64,000 bases of DNA. It comes from Mustelus asterias (lineage: Eukaryota). The DNA lies in contig NC_135808.1 of assembly GCF_964213995.1 (NCBI RefSeq), forward strand, positions 50,220,001 through 50,284,000. The letters run 5' to 3'. Position numbers and translations under genes: made by a program. Positions 40,366 to 53,403 of this stretch are shown one piece after another. The notes beneath the pieces are model-generated. The model made no database searches. It had not been told where the DNA came from and saw nothing but the letters and a program-made list of their open reading frames with translations. Position 1 is the stretch's first letter. Every line of letters starts with the position of its first letter.

Positions 40366-41819
40366 TTTCTCCCTCTTGTTGGTTCCCTCCCCACCTGCCG
40401 CAGTCCCAGTCTAGCAGCTATGTCCTTTAGGACCCGGCCAGCTCGGTGTGTGGTGGTGCTACCGAGTAACTCTTGGTGATGGACATTGAAGTCCCCACCC
40501 AGAGTACATTCTGTGCCCGAGCCACCCTCAGTGCTTCATCCAAGTGCTGTTCAACATGGAGGAGAACTGATTCACCAGCTGAGGGTGGACGGTATGTGGT
40601 AACCAGGGGAGGTTTCCTTGTCCATGTTTGACATGTTACCGAGAGACTACATGGAGTCTGGAATGTTGTTGAGGATTCCCTGGATAACTCCCTCCTGACT
40701 GTATCCCACTGTGCCTTCTGTGCTGGGAGATTGGAGGTAGTGGACACGGTTCACCATTTTCTCCCGTCTCAGTAACAAACATCCAGCTGCTCTGAGCTCC
40801 TTCTTTCACTTCCTCTGTTGGTTACGTTTCAATCTTCCGATCTGACAGTCTTTGCAGTTATTTTTGACATTGGGGATTTGTGCTGTGGTCTGAATCTCTA
40901 ACAATAACTGTCCAATCAGTGAAAAGAACAGCAGCTCAGAGCAGTCAGGACTGAGGAGCCAGGCTCACTGGGAAACACATTGGGAAGATCAAAGCCATTG
41001 GTCTTCAGCTCCCGATACAAACTCCATCCCTCCCCCTGAGCACTGTCTGCTGCTCAACCAGACTCTCTACAACATTGGCCTCATCTTTGACGCCGATCTG
41101 ACCCTCCAAATCCTCCACATCACAAAGATTACTCTGCTCTCTCTTTCTTAGATCCAAAGTGGATGTTTTCACATTCTCCACATTGAACTCTATCTTCCAT
41201 TGTCTTCAGACCCCATCACAAACTCTGTTCCCTCAACACTGATTCCATCCCTTCCCCATTGGAGTGTCTGACACTGAACCACACACTCCACAGCCATGGT
41301 GTCCTATTTGACCCTGAGATGAGTTTCCCACCACATCATCCACTCCATCACTAAGACCACCTAGTTCCACCTCAGTAACATCTCCCGAGTACCCCCTGCC
41401 TCACATCATCCTCTGCTGAAAATCTCATCTGTGTCTTTGTTACCTCTGAACGTTACTATTCCAATGCTGTCCTGTCCGACCTCACACCCACCACCTCCGT
41501 TATCATCAGCTCACCCAGAACTCTGCTGCCCGGATCTGAACTCACACCAAATCCCGTTCACCCGTCACCCCCTGTGTTCACTGACCTACACTGACCCCCG
41601 GTCCAGCCATGCCCCGATTTTAACATAAACATCCTGCCTCTCAAATCCCTCCCTATCTTGCACCCTCCCTATCTCTGTAACCTCCTCTAAGCTGCCTAAC
41701 TTAGTGTGCTCAGTAATCTTGGATATGTGTCTCTCTATTGCTTCATCCAAGTCATTGACAAATATAGTGAAAAGCTGAGGCTTCAGCACAGACCCCTGGG
41801 GACATCACTATTCTTAGAA

Positions 41820-42170
41820 CATAGAATCATAGAAATCATAGAAACCCTACAGTGCAGAAGGAGGCCATTCGGCCCATCGAGTCTGCACCGACCACTATCC
41901 CACCCAGGCCCTATCCCCACATATTTTACCTGCTAATCCCTCTAACCTACACATCCCAGGACTCTAAGGGGCAATTTTTTAACCTGGCCAATCAACCTAA
42001 CCCGCACATCTTTGGACTGTGGGAGGAAACCGGAGCACCCGGAGGAAACCCACGCAGACACGAGGAGAATGTGCAAACTCCACACAGACAGTGACCCGAG
42101 CCGGGAATCGAACCCAGGACCCTGGAGCTGTGAAGCAGCAGTGCTAACCACTGTGCTACCGTGCCGCCCC
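41820..42170 (-). mobile_element. HE1-like SINE
   Basis: Full head and CR1-type tail. Confidence 0.85.
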
Positions 42171-42171
42171 A

Positions 42172-43335
42172 CATAGAACAGTACAGCACAGAACAGGCCC
42201 TTCGGCCCACGATGTTGTGCCGAGCTTTGTCTGAAACCCAGATCAAGCTATTTCCTCCCTATCATCCCGAAGTACTCCATGTGCCTATCCAATAGCTTCT
42301 TAAATGTTCCTAAAGTTTCTGACTCCACTATCCCTGCAGGCAGTCCATTCCACACCCCAACCACTCTGAGTAAAAAACCTACCTCGGACATCCTTCCTAT
42401 ATCTCCCACCATGAACCCTATAGTTATGCCCCCTAGTTACCGTTCCATTCACCCGAGGAAATAGTCTTTGAACGTTCACTCTATCTATCCCCCTCATCAT
42501 CTTATAAACCTCATCAAGGCTCCTCTCAACCTCCTCCGCTCCAAAGAGAAAAGCCCAAGTTCCCTCAACCTTTCCTCATAAGACCTACCCTCCAAACCAG
42601 GCAGCATCCTGGTAAATCTCCTTTGCACTCTTTCCAGTGTCTCCACAACCTTCTTGTAGTGAGGTGACCAGAACTGCACACAATATTCCAAATGTGGTCT
42701 CACCAAGGTCCTGTACAGTTGCATCATAACCCCACGGCTCTTAAACTCAAACCCCCTGTTAATGAACGCCAACACACTATAGGCCTTCTTCACGGCTCTA
42801 TCCACTTGAGTGGCAACCTTCAGAGATCTATGGATATGAACCCCAAGATCTCTCTGTTCCTCCACATTCTTCAGAACCCTATCTTTGACCCTGTAATCCA
42901 CATTTAAATTTGTCCTACCAAAATGAATCACCTCGCATTTGTCAGGGTTAAACTCCATTTGCCATTTTTCAGCCCAGCTCTGCATCTTATCTATATCTCT
43001 TTGCAGCCTACAACAGCCCTCCACCTCATCCACTACTCCACCAATCTTGGTGTCATCAGCTAATTTACTGATCCACCCTTCAGCCCCCTCCTCGAAGTCA
43101 TTAATAAAAATCACAAAGAGCAGAGGGCCAAGCACTGATCCCTGTGGCACTCCGCTAGCAACCTGCCTCCAATCGGAAAATTTTCCATCCACCACCACCC
43201 TCTGTCTTCGATCAGACAGCCAGTTACCTATCCAATCGGCCAACTTTCCCTCTATCCCACACCTCCTCACTTTCATCATAAGCCGACCATGGGGGACCTT
43301 ATCAAACGCCTTACTAAAATCCATGTATATGACAT
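42172..43335 (-). mobile_element. CR1 3' fragment (same subfamily as 14770-16253)
   Basis: Near-identical RT peptide. Confidence 0.92.
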
Positions 43336-43744
43336 CAATTCCAGCATCGGGTGCCTGTGTGGAGTTTGCATGTTCTCCCCGTGTCTGAGTGGGTTTCCTC
43401 CGGGTGCTCTGGTTTCCTCCCACAGTCTAACGATGTGCAGGTTAGATTGATTGGCCATGCTAAATTGCTCCTTAGCGTCAGAGGGACTAACAGGGTAAAT
43501 ACATGGGGTCACGGGGACAGGGCCTGGGTGGGATTGTTGTTGGCGCAGGCTCGATGGGCTGAATGGCCTAGTTCTGCACTGTAGGGATTCTATGATTCTA
43601 TGATTAGACAGGATGGAATTTGTAAAGTGATTCCAGGAGAGCTCTTTGCGTCAGTACGTCGACAATCCGACTCGGGATGAGCCAGTGCTCGATCTAATCC
43701 TCGGGAATGAAGCCGGGCAAGTTGTTGAAGTGTCAGTGGGGATG

Positions 43745-44700
43745 GGGAAGGTGGGCAGAGCAATGAAAGATGGAATTTAGTCCTGATACTTGTGAGGTGA
43801 TGCATTTTGGGAGATTTAATAAGGGTAGGATATACACAATGAACAGTAGGTACCGAGGGAGTATTGAGGAAAAAAGGGACCTTGGTGCAAAGTCCATAGA
43901 TCCCTGAAGGTGGCAGCACAGGGCGATAGTGTGGTGAAGAAGGCAATTGGAATGCTTGCCTTCATTAGTCCGGGGGCTTCGAACATGGCAGGAGGGAGGT
44001 CTTGGTACAACTTTATAAAACATTGGTTAGGCCACAGATGGAATATTGTGCGCAGTTCTGGTCACCACACTATCGGAAGGATGTGATTGCACTGGTGAGG
44101 GTGCAGAGGAGAATCACCGGGATGTTGCCTGGGATGGAAAGTCTCAGCTTTGAGGAGAGACTGGATAGGCTGGATTTGTTTTCCCTGGAGCAGAGGAGGC
44201 TGAGAGGGGATCTGATAGAGGTTTACAAAATTATGAGAGGTGTTGATAGGGTAGATCGTAAGAGACTTTTCCCCATGGCACAGGTGTCTAAGAGCAGAGG
44301 GCATAGGTTTAAGGTGAGAAGGAAGTGGTTTAGAGGAGATCTGAGAAAGAATTTTTCATGATGTGGAGATGCCGGCGTTGGACTGGGGTAAACACAGTAA
44401 GAGTTTTAACAACACCAGGTTAAAGCCATTTGCGACCAAATAAACCTGTTGGACTTTAACCAGGTGTTGTTAAAACTCTGAAAGAATTTTTCACCCGGAG
44501 GGTGGTGGAAATATGGAATGCGCTGCCTGAGAGGGTGGTGGAGGCAGGAACTCTCGCTACATTTAAGAAGCATCTGGACAAGCACTTCAATCACCAAGGC
44601 AGAGTAACTATGGACCAAGTGCTGGTAAATGGGATTAGTATAGATTGGTATTGGATGGTCAGCATAGACATGGTGGGCCGAAGGGCCTGTTTCTGTGCTG
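43745..44700 (+). mobile_element. Degenerate CR1 3' fragment
   Basis: LVRPQMEYCAQFWSPHYRKD. Confidence 0.85.
44359..44479. mobile_element. Internally deleted Penelope-like palindrome inserted in CR1
   Basis: Same family as 51029; 14-bp TSD GAAAGAATTTTTCA. Confidence 0.75.
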
Positions 44701-47367
44701 GGTAACTCTTTGATGCTATATGGAGTTGGAGCAGTTCTACCCCATAGAATGGCAGATGGGACGGAGAGGCCAAATTCATTTGCTTTGAGGACTTTGTCAG
44801 ACGTTGAGAAAATGTACTCACAAATCGACAAAGAAAGCCGAGCAGTTATCTACACAGTGAGGAATTTCACCAATACGTCTATGGGCGGCATTTCACCATC
44901 GTGTCAGACCGTAAGCCATTGTTGGGGCTTTTCCGGGAGGATAAGCCAGTGCCACCTATTGCCTCTGCCAGGGGGCAGAGATGGGCATTGCTACTGGCAA
45001 TAAACAGCTAAACCTTCCAGCAGAGGCCGGGAACAAGATCTCAAATGCGGATACATTGAGCCGCCTGCCGCTACCACAGACCATACCGTCACCGCCTGTT
45101 CCACAGGAGATAGTATTGGCTCTGCATTATTTGGACACTCTGTCTGTCTCAGCAGCCCACACTCAGACGTGGACAGATAGGGAGCCGGTGTTAGCAAAGA
45201 GCAAGAAAATGGTACTGACCGGGTGGCACTTGGACAAGGCAGAGCAAATGAAGCTGTATTTACATTGCAGGGACCAGATACCCTGCGAAGATGGGGTGCT
45301 ATTGTGGGGGGTCTCTGTCAGCGTCCACCCCCTGGGCAATGGCCATTGCTCCAAGAGTCACCTGGCCAGAGCAGAATGAAAGTGTTGGCCAGAAGTTATG
45401 TCTGGTGGCCTGGCATTGACAGAGACATTGAACAAACGGTTGGGCAGTGTGAGAAAATTGTCCGACTCAGCAAGCGATACCTCCACCAGCTTTTACAGAT
45501 GCACCATAGAAAGCATTCTTTCTGGTTGTATCACAGCTTGGTATGGCTCCTGCTCTGCCCAAGACCGCAAGGAACTACAAAAGGTCGTGAATGTAGCCCA
45601 ATCCATCACGCAAACCAGCCTCCCATCCATTGATTCTGCCGACACTTCCTGCTGCCTCGGCAAAGCAGTCAGCATAATTAAGGACCCCACGTACCCTGGA
45701 CATTCTCTCTTCCACCTTCTTCCGTCGGGAAAAAGATACAAAAGTCTGAGGTCACGTACCAACCGACTCAAGAACATCTTCTTCCCTGCTGCTGTCAGAC
45801 TTATGAATGGACTTACCTTGCATTAAGTTGATCTTTCTCTACACCCTAGCTGTGACTAACACTACATTCTGCACTCTCTCGTTTCCTTCTCTATGAACGG
45901 TATGTTTTGTCTGTATAGCGCGCAAGAAACAATACTTTTCACTGTATGTTAATACATGTGGCAATAATAAATCAAATCAAATCAAATCATCAGCAGACAT
46001 GCTCCCTTGGGATTGTCCGGGCTGTCCGTGGTCACGGCTTCGTGCAGATTTGGCTGGACATTTTTTGGGCAGATGTTCCTGATGTTAGTCGATGCCCATT
46101 CCAAGTGGCTGGACGATCAGCTCATGAGACCCATCACAGCTCCATTTACCATCGATAAACTGAGGCAGATCTTTGTGATCCATGGTCTTCCTGAAGCGTT
46201 GCTATCAGACAGCGGAGCAGCATTCACGCTGATGAATTTCAGACTTTGGTCAAGTTTAATGACATTTGTCCTGTCAGGTCAGCCCCCGACCATCCTGCCT
46301 CGAATGGGTTGGCGGAGCGAGCCATGCTGACGTTCACCGCTTCATGTGAAGCAGGTTCAAATGGCCGTTCCATTGCGATTGGGCAGTTATTTGCTGTCCT
46401 ACAACACTACACCTCACGCCATCACTGGGGTCATGCCGAGGTCACACCTGCAGAGTTGTTAATGGGTCGGTGCCTATGTACCTGTTTAGATTTAGTGTCT
46501 CCAAATTTGTCGGGGGGTGGGGGTGGAGGCTCGGCAAGCCTCTCAGAAAGAATATTGTGACTCTCAGAAAGGGGACGGATTGTTTAATGATGGCGATCTC
46601 ATGTTGAGAGGGAATTTGGGTGGCGGACCCACCTGGGCACCAGGGAGAGTTGTGGAGAAGACAGGACCAGTCTCATATTTGGGGGAGACACAGGGCCGAA
46701 GAGTTAAGGAGCATGTTGGCCACCTACGCAAGAGAGTAGAGCCAGTTCCAGGAGCTGAGCAAGTGGGCCCCGTATCCAGTTTGTGTGTACCAACCTCTGA
46801 ACAAGACAGTTCCATGTCCATGGTGAGGCCAAGGCAGCCTCTGGCTTGGGTGGGTGAGTCAGAGGAAGGGGCTGTCCAGGGCCTAGCTCCAGAGGTGGTT
46901 AGCACGTCCACCCCATCAGTGGATCCCGTGTCGATGGCTGCTGAAGAGCCCCTGACAGAGTTGCAGCGTTCCGCAAGGTTCCGGAAATCTCTGGACCAGA
47001 GATTTCCCTGGTGTCCCTTCTGTAATATTGTTGTTTCTCTGCCTATGTGTTAACTGTTTTACTTTGTGTTTTATCATAGGGAGTCCAAGATGTTGTGGGG
47101 GAAGGAGTGTGTGAGCCTGGCCCCTTTAAGGGGCAATCCTTCACGGGCCACATGACCAAGCTGGAGCCAATGGAGTGTGAAGATGTGATATTGGGCCAAT
47201 CGGGAGTGAGGGTGATCATTCCTGGGGCTGGAGGCTTCAGTTGGAGTCAGGATGTTGTTGGGAGTAGACCTGTATCGTTGTGCTGTTAAACCCTTCATTG
47301 TAAATAGTTCTCATCAATAAAGCCTTTAGTTAGTTATTTCCAAATCGAGTCTCCTCCAGTTATTACA
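44700..47367 (+). mobile_element. Degenerate Ty3/gypsy retrotransposon 3' half (RNase H, integrase, PPT, putative 3' LTR 47108-47367)
   Basis: YGVGAVL..ERP..RTLS..YSQIDKE; RMKVLARSYVWWPGID; VDAHSKW; HPASNGLAER; polypurine GGGGGAAGGAG then TGT...ACA with AATAAA. Confidence 0.85.
45455..45988 (+). mobile_element. Rex1/Babar-like LINE 3' fragment nested in the gypsy integrase
   Basis: FYRCTIESILSGCITAWYGSC...RTNRLKNIFFPAAVRLMN; (AAATC)n tail. Confidence 0.8.
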
Positions 47368-48290
47368 ATGAGCATCTGTACCACTTTGGATAGCAACAGT
47401 CTCTGATAACAGCAAATACACAGACTAACTATTAAACTGTAACAGTTTCACCAGCTGCTGTCACCCTCCCTACTTCCCTCCATTTATTCTGCATTCTCAC
47501 CATCTCCCCTCGATTTCTCACTGAATCCTCCAGTTTCCTAGTCTTTCCTGTGGCCAGGTTCACCTGCCCCCTTCCCCTTGGGATTGTTCGATTGCTTTGT
47601 TCCATCAACTTTCTGGTTGTGGTCAGGGTTCTCTCCACCGCTCCCCGAGACATTCGGTCTGGGGCAGCGTCGATGTTTAACCTCCTGTCCCACCTTGGAC
47701 TGAATACATAACCAGTGAGGGTCCGACCCACACGATGAGAGTTTGTCACCGTAAAGGAGTCAGGGATCTGTAGCAGAAAGTGTGATTAATGTCAGTCTCT
47801 AATCCTGCGGATAGGAATCTCATCCTGTCCATGGAAACCTTTCACTGAAAGGTTAAATCTCTGTTAACTGATCCTTGTACTGAATAAACTGTCAATTCTC
47901 TGTCACTGCTAATTTGTGTTGGATTGTTTTTAATCTTTCAATCAATTGTATTTTGTCATTTCTGTTGCTGTGGCGATAGCCTCTTGGTCAGGTTGTTGTT
48001 GTAAATGAGAATTGGTTCTCAACTGACTCACCTGGTTAAATAAAGATTCAGTAAAATAAATGTCTAAGATAAAAGCAAAATCCTGCGCATGCTGAAATCT
48101 GACACAAATCCCGGGCGTTCCGGTTCCCGCTGAACCATTACCTTATCCCTCACTCTGGCATCTCCTGGGTAGTCGCTCCCCCTCAAGACTCTAGACTTGA
48201 AACGTTGGCTCTACTCTCTCTCCACAGATGCTGTCAGACCTGCTGAGATTTTCCAGCATTTTCTGTGTTTGTGTGTGAAATAAATGACTC

Positions 48291-48616
48291 GGGAGGCACA
48301 ATGGCTCAGTGGTTAGCACTGCTGCCTCACAGCGCCAGGGACCTGGGTTCAATTCCGGCCTGGTGTGACTGTGTGGAGTTTGCACATTCTCCCGGTGTCT
48401 GTGTGGGTTTCCTCCGGGTGCTCCAGTTTCCTCCAACACTCCAAAGGTTAGATTGATTGGCCAAGCTAAATTGACCATGAGTGTCCCAAGATGTGTAGGT
48501 TAGAGGGATTAGCAGGGTGAATAAATGGGGTTGCGGGGATAGGGGCTGGAGAGGATTGTTGTCGGTGCAGATTAGCTGGGTCGATTGGCCTCCTTCTGCA
48601 CTGTAGGGGTTCTATG
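48291..48616 (+). mobile_element. HE1-like SINE
   Basis: Full head and CR1-type tail. Confidence 0.8.
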
Positions 48617-48780
48617 AGGTAGAAAGCAATCTCCTGTGAGAATGCAGCAGTGTGTAGGGGAGGTTTGGACTGTCTTGAAAGCCCCTTCAAGAGGTTTCTA
48701 TCCCTCTGCCCCTGATATGTTCCGTCATTATCTTCCTGTGATAAACTGATCAGAAATGTGATTGTGTTTCTCCCAGCTCC

Positions 48781-50040
48781 TGTCACGGGCTGTGTAACTA
48801 CTAATTCCTGTCAGTTTTCCTGTACATTGATAATATGGAATTTCTCCACAGTCTGATGTGTGTGTGGAGGCACCGTACTAAATCTTATATCTTCAATATC
48901 TGTCCTAACATTATCTATCAATTCCTGAGACAACATGTCCCATCCCCTCCCTTCAGACTGTGAGTCAGTCATATTAATGAGTTGGAACCCCTCTGGTCTA
49001 CTGTCCCCCTGAAGTTGTATGTCTGTCATTGGATTCACTTCCTGCTCTGTCACTCACACTCCTCCTGACTCTTTTCTTACCCAGGGGGCACAAGTTTGGT
49101 CACTTTCCTGTAGCCCCATCAGCCAATAAGGTCAGAACGAGGCTGGTCAAATTGTCGCTCACCTCCAGGCTCCCGATTGGAACATCCTGGTCCTTGCCAT
49201 CATTGGAGGGTAAATCCCGGGCATTCCGGTGCTCCCTTAACCATGACCTTATCCCTCACTCTGGCATGTCCTGGGGGAGTCGCTCCCCCTCATTTCATTC
49301 TGCTCCTCCTGCTGCTGTGTGAGCTCAGACCTCAATTCCTGAAGCTGTCTACACAACTCTACAATGTAGCTTCTTCTCCTCTCTTTCAATGGCCCAGTAT
49401 CTTCACTTCCAGTGAGGCTCCCAGCTCTGCCTGTCATCATGGTGTTAATCCTGTGTTCCTACTTTGTGTAGCTGATTAATACGCTCACTAATACACCCAC
49501 CCATCCTTTGTCCAGCTCTCCCTTTACCTGAACCCAACTTGTGGTCAGTTGTTGGGAAAAATTATTTTTCCAGATCCTTCAATTGTCTCAAACACAGATT
49601 CCTTCTCATTTCTTGTTTTTTATTCCTTCTGGCCACGATTCTCTTCAAGTCAGTTTCTCTATTGCCTCGATCGTTTAAAAAACTGTTTTCTTACTCTTTC
49701 GGCCGTATTAACCATTTCATGTCAAAGGAGGTGTGGGAGGTGGGGAGGTCTCTCACTCTGGATCTTTGCTTATCTCCCCCTGTCTGGTTCCAATGTCACA
49801 GCTGATGGCCAGATTATTAAATTCAGGTCTCTTCAGTCGTTTGTATGTTGTGTCCTTTTTCCCGCACTCCATCTCTGACCCTGAATCATTTGCTCAGAAC
49901 CTTTTACACAGACAATAGTTAACAACTTATCTGGTTCAGTTTGTCTGGAGGGACTTTCCAGTCCAATAAAGTGTTTTCATGTAAGGAGCGGTGAGAGTTC
50001 CTTTCAGAGTCTCACTGAGGTTCAGAACCGGACTCTGGAC
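48781..50040 (-). mobile_element. Heavily deleted ERV-related remnant
   Basis: MMTGRA...GPLKERRRSYIVELCRQLQEL resembles the ERV integrase tail; purine tract followed by a TGT...ACA segment at 49058-48781. Confidence 0.55.
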
Positions 50041-50355
50041 GGAACAGGAATGAGCGACTGGAACAAGTTTTGTGTTAAAACAACCATTTTATTGAATAAT
50101 GATAAAAAGAATATATAAGAAAGATAATGTGTATGAAAAGGAAGAAAGATAACTTTATTGAAAGGAGAAAGCACTCTGTATATATCTGAAGAATAGAAGA
50201 CAGTCGGATGTTTGTTTAAACACAAACGATAACCCCAATTTGCGCTGTTCCATGACAGCTCCCCCAGAATTGGTACACGTTACCCTCCCCTGGGTACACA
50301 CATGCCCAAGTTGCTGAGTAACCTCAATGGGTGAACACTACAGTCAGTCACTTAA

Positions 50356-50662
50356 GGGGCGATACGGTGGCACAGTGATTAGCACTGATGCCTCACAGGG
50401 CCAGGGAACCGGGTTCGATTCTCATCTTGGGTCACAGTCTGTGCTGAGTCTGCATGTTCTCCCCGTGTCTGTGTGGGTTTCCTCTGGGTGCTCCGGTTTC
50501 CTCCCACTGTCTGCAAGACGTGCTGGTTAGGAGTATTGGCCATGCTAAATTCTCCCTCAGTATACCCAAACAGGCGTCAGCGTGTGGCGACGAGGTGATT
50601 TTCACAGTAACTTCATTGCAGCGTTAATGTAAGACTAATTGTTGCATTAATAAATAAACTTT
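50356..50662 (+). mobile_element. tRNA-derived SINE
   Basis: Head plus AATAAATAAACTTT tail. Confidence 0.8.
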
Positions 50663-51028
50663 TGTTTAAACGTTTCTGTTTCCAACCCTTCCTCCTGTTG
50701 TCCCTGGGTGACTATTCCACCTTGGCTGCAGCACTCAGTCTCTGAAACAATGTCTCTTTAACCTGGATTTCTGGCTCCATTCCAGCCTTGTCAAAACTGT
50801 GACACTGTCTGTCCCAAAACAAATCTCAGTTCTTCCCACAGGGACCTCAATGTGAAGCAGACTTTGTAATATTCAGCTTGTTGACGGAGCTCTTGATGAT
50901 GTCTTCACATCTGTCATCAATCAGCTGTTATGTCCATCAATTAAACTTCATCTTCTGATGCTTCAGGTGAGCACACCAGATAAGATTCCTCAGCGACTTG
51001 GTCTGTAGACCAAGGCTCACAGAATGCG

Positions 51029-51232
51029 GTAGGCACGGTAAGTAGTCTCACAACACCAGGTTAAAGTCCAACAGGTTTATTTGATAGCACGAGCTTTCGG
51101 AGCGCCGCTCTTTCATCAGGTGATGAAGGAACAGCGCTCCGAAAGCTCGTGCTACCAAATAAACCTGGTGGATTTTAACCTGGTGTTGTGAGACTACTTA
51201 CTGTGCCTACCCCAGTCCCACGCTGGCAACAC
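51029..51232. mobile_element. Penelope-like palindromic terminal-repeat insertion
   Basis: ~180-bp inverted repeat 51029-51210 flanked by direct repeat CACAGAATGC. Confidence 0.75.
51088..51123 (-). ncRNA. Minimal type I hammerhead ribozyme motif
   Basis: CAC-CUGAUGA-aaGAGCggcGCUCc-GAAA-GCUC-GUG: core boxes, stem II, palindromic AGCU stem III, CAC/GUG stem I. Confidence 0.65.
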
Positions 51233-52610
51233 CACAGAATGCAGTAGAACAGTACCTGTAATAAACAAGAAACAACTTATTTTAATATTCTAACTTGAGA
51301 AAGTGGAGAAACAAAAGATTGAGTCTGAACAGCAGTTGTGTGGCCAGTCCAGAGAGAAAACACAATCTGGAAAAACAGCTCACCCCTGATTCTTCTTCTG
51401 AATGAATCCGAGCACAATCACAGCTGGGTTAAGATCCATGTGGATCAAATGAGAAAATACAAAATGAGTTCAAATATTAAAAATCAGAGCAGGGCAGAAA
51501 TAAAATGTAAAATACAAAACTGTAAAAGTTAGTGGCAGCAGCAGGCATCAGGCCTACACTCAGAATATTTTAAAAATAGAAATCAGGCCGATTTGACTTT
51601 TTTTCATTCATTCATGGGACATGGCATTGCTGGCTGGCCAGCAGTTATTGCCCATCCCTAGTTGCCCTTGAGAAGGTGGTGCTGAGCTGCCTTCTTGAAT
51701 CACTGCAGCCCACGGGCTGTGGGTTGACCCACAATGCCACTAGGGAGGGAATTCCGGGATTTTAACCCAGCAACTGTGAAGGAACGGTGATATATTTCCA
51801 AGTCAGGACAGTGAGTGGTTTGGAGATGAACTTGCAGGTGGTGGTATTCCCATGTATCTGCTGCCCTTGTCCTTCTAGATGGAAGTGGTCGTGGATTTGG
51901 AAGGTGCTGTCTCAGGATTTTTGGTGTATTGCTGCAGTGCATCTTGTAGATAGTACACACTGCTGCTACCGAGTGTCGGTGCTGGAGGGATTGAATGTTT
52001 GTAGATGTGGTGCCAATCAAGTGGGCTGCTTTGTCCGGGATTGTCAACCTTCTTGATTGTTGTTGGAGCTGCACCCATCCAGGCAAGTGGGGAGTGTTCC
52101 ATCACACTCCTGACTTGTAGATGGTGAATAGGCTTTGGGGAGTCAGGAGATGAGTTACTCACCGCAGTATTCCTAGCCTCTGACCTGCTCTTGTAGCCAC
52201 TGTGTTTATCTGGTGAGTCCAATTGAGTTTCTGGTCAATGGTGACCCCAAGGATGTTGACAGTGGGGGATTCAGTGATGGTAACACCATTGAATGTCAAA
52301 GGGCATTAGAGTGTCTCTTATTGGTGATGGTCATTGCCTGGCATTTGTGTGGCGTGAATGTTACTTGCCACTTGTCAGCCCAAGCCTGGATATTGTCCGG
52401 GTCTTACTGCATTTGAACATGGACTGCTTCAGTATCTGAGGAGTCGCGAATGGTGCTGAACATTGTGCAGTCATCAGCAAACATCCCCACTTCTGACCTT
52501 ATGATGGAGTGAAGTTCATTGATGAAGCAGCTGAAGATTGTTGGGCCGAGGACACGACTCTGAGGAAGTCCAGACATTAACATGTTTTGTGTCTTTATCA
52601 CCTTCCCCTC

Positions 52611-53403
52611 TGTTAAGAATTGGGGAAAATGAAAATAAACAAATGACATTGGGATAAAAGAAAATAAATCAGGGAGATGTCTGAAGAGATGTTGAGATGT
52701 GAATTGGCATCTCAGTGAGAAAAGCAAGTGTTTACTGAGGTACCTGAGGAAAGCAATGGGGTTTAGAAAAGATAACTTCAAAGTGGAAGGATAAGGAAAT
52801 CGACACGGAAATGCCCAAAGCCGATTCCACAGGGTGGGTAACATCAAAGGGAAAGAATGATATATCCATAGCACAGTGACTGGGGAAAAGGGGAGACAGA
52901 CACAGACACAGCTAACATCAGCACACACTCAGCTGCAGAAACAGTCTCCTGAAAAGAAGCAGCAGGTTTCACCTTCACGAAACTGAAGACAATTTTCCCG
53001 AACGCTGACACATAACCTGTGTGTGGTAATTATTCACTGGATTTAGCTCACAGAGTTACATAATATTGGATGTTGTTTTGGAACAAAGGGACATCTCAGT
53101 GTTCAGGAAATGTAGGTGATTGAGAACAAAGGGGTAGCTTCATGTAATAGTGTGTGTGTCTAGCCCTCAGTGTAGTTAAATATATTGTCGTGTATTATAG
53201 AGCTTGTGTGTTTTTTTTCTTTTACCTGGATGAATATTCTGTATTAATTGTTCACACAAAGACTGGACTATTTCTCCCTGGTTCACACACTTTTCCTCAC
53301 AGGATACCAGAGTGAAAATCGACACCACTAAGAACCAATGTTCCATGTTCCCATTCTGAGCTTTGAGATCCTCTCACATTTAACATCAGCGCGGTTCTTA
53401 ACA
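52611..53403. mobile_element. Solo LTR
   Basis: TGTTAAGAA...TTCTTAACA inverted termini flanked by 4-bp TSD CCTC. Confidence 0.8.

Larger units (their letters stand above)
30116..41130 (-). repeat. Left arm of inverted segmental duplication
   Basis: Reverse-complement match to 56360-64000 (e.g. ORF-track peptides 30116-30322 vs 63794-64000 and 40427-40747 vs 56743-57051); left limit set only by the window end. Confidence 0.92.
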
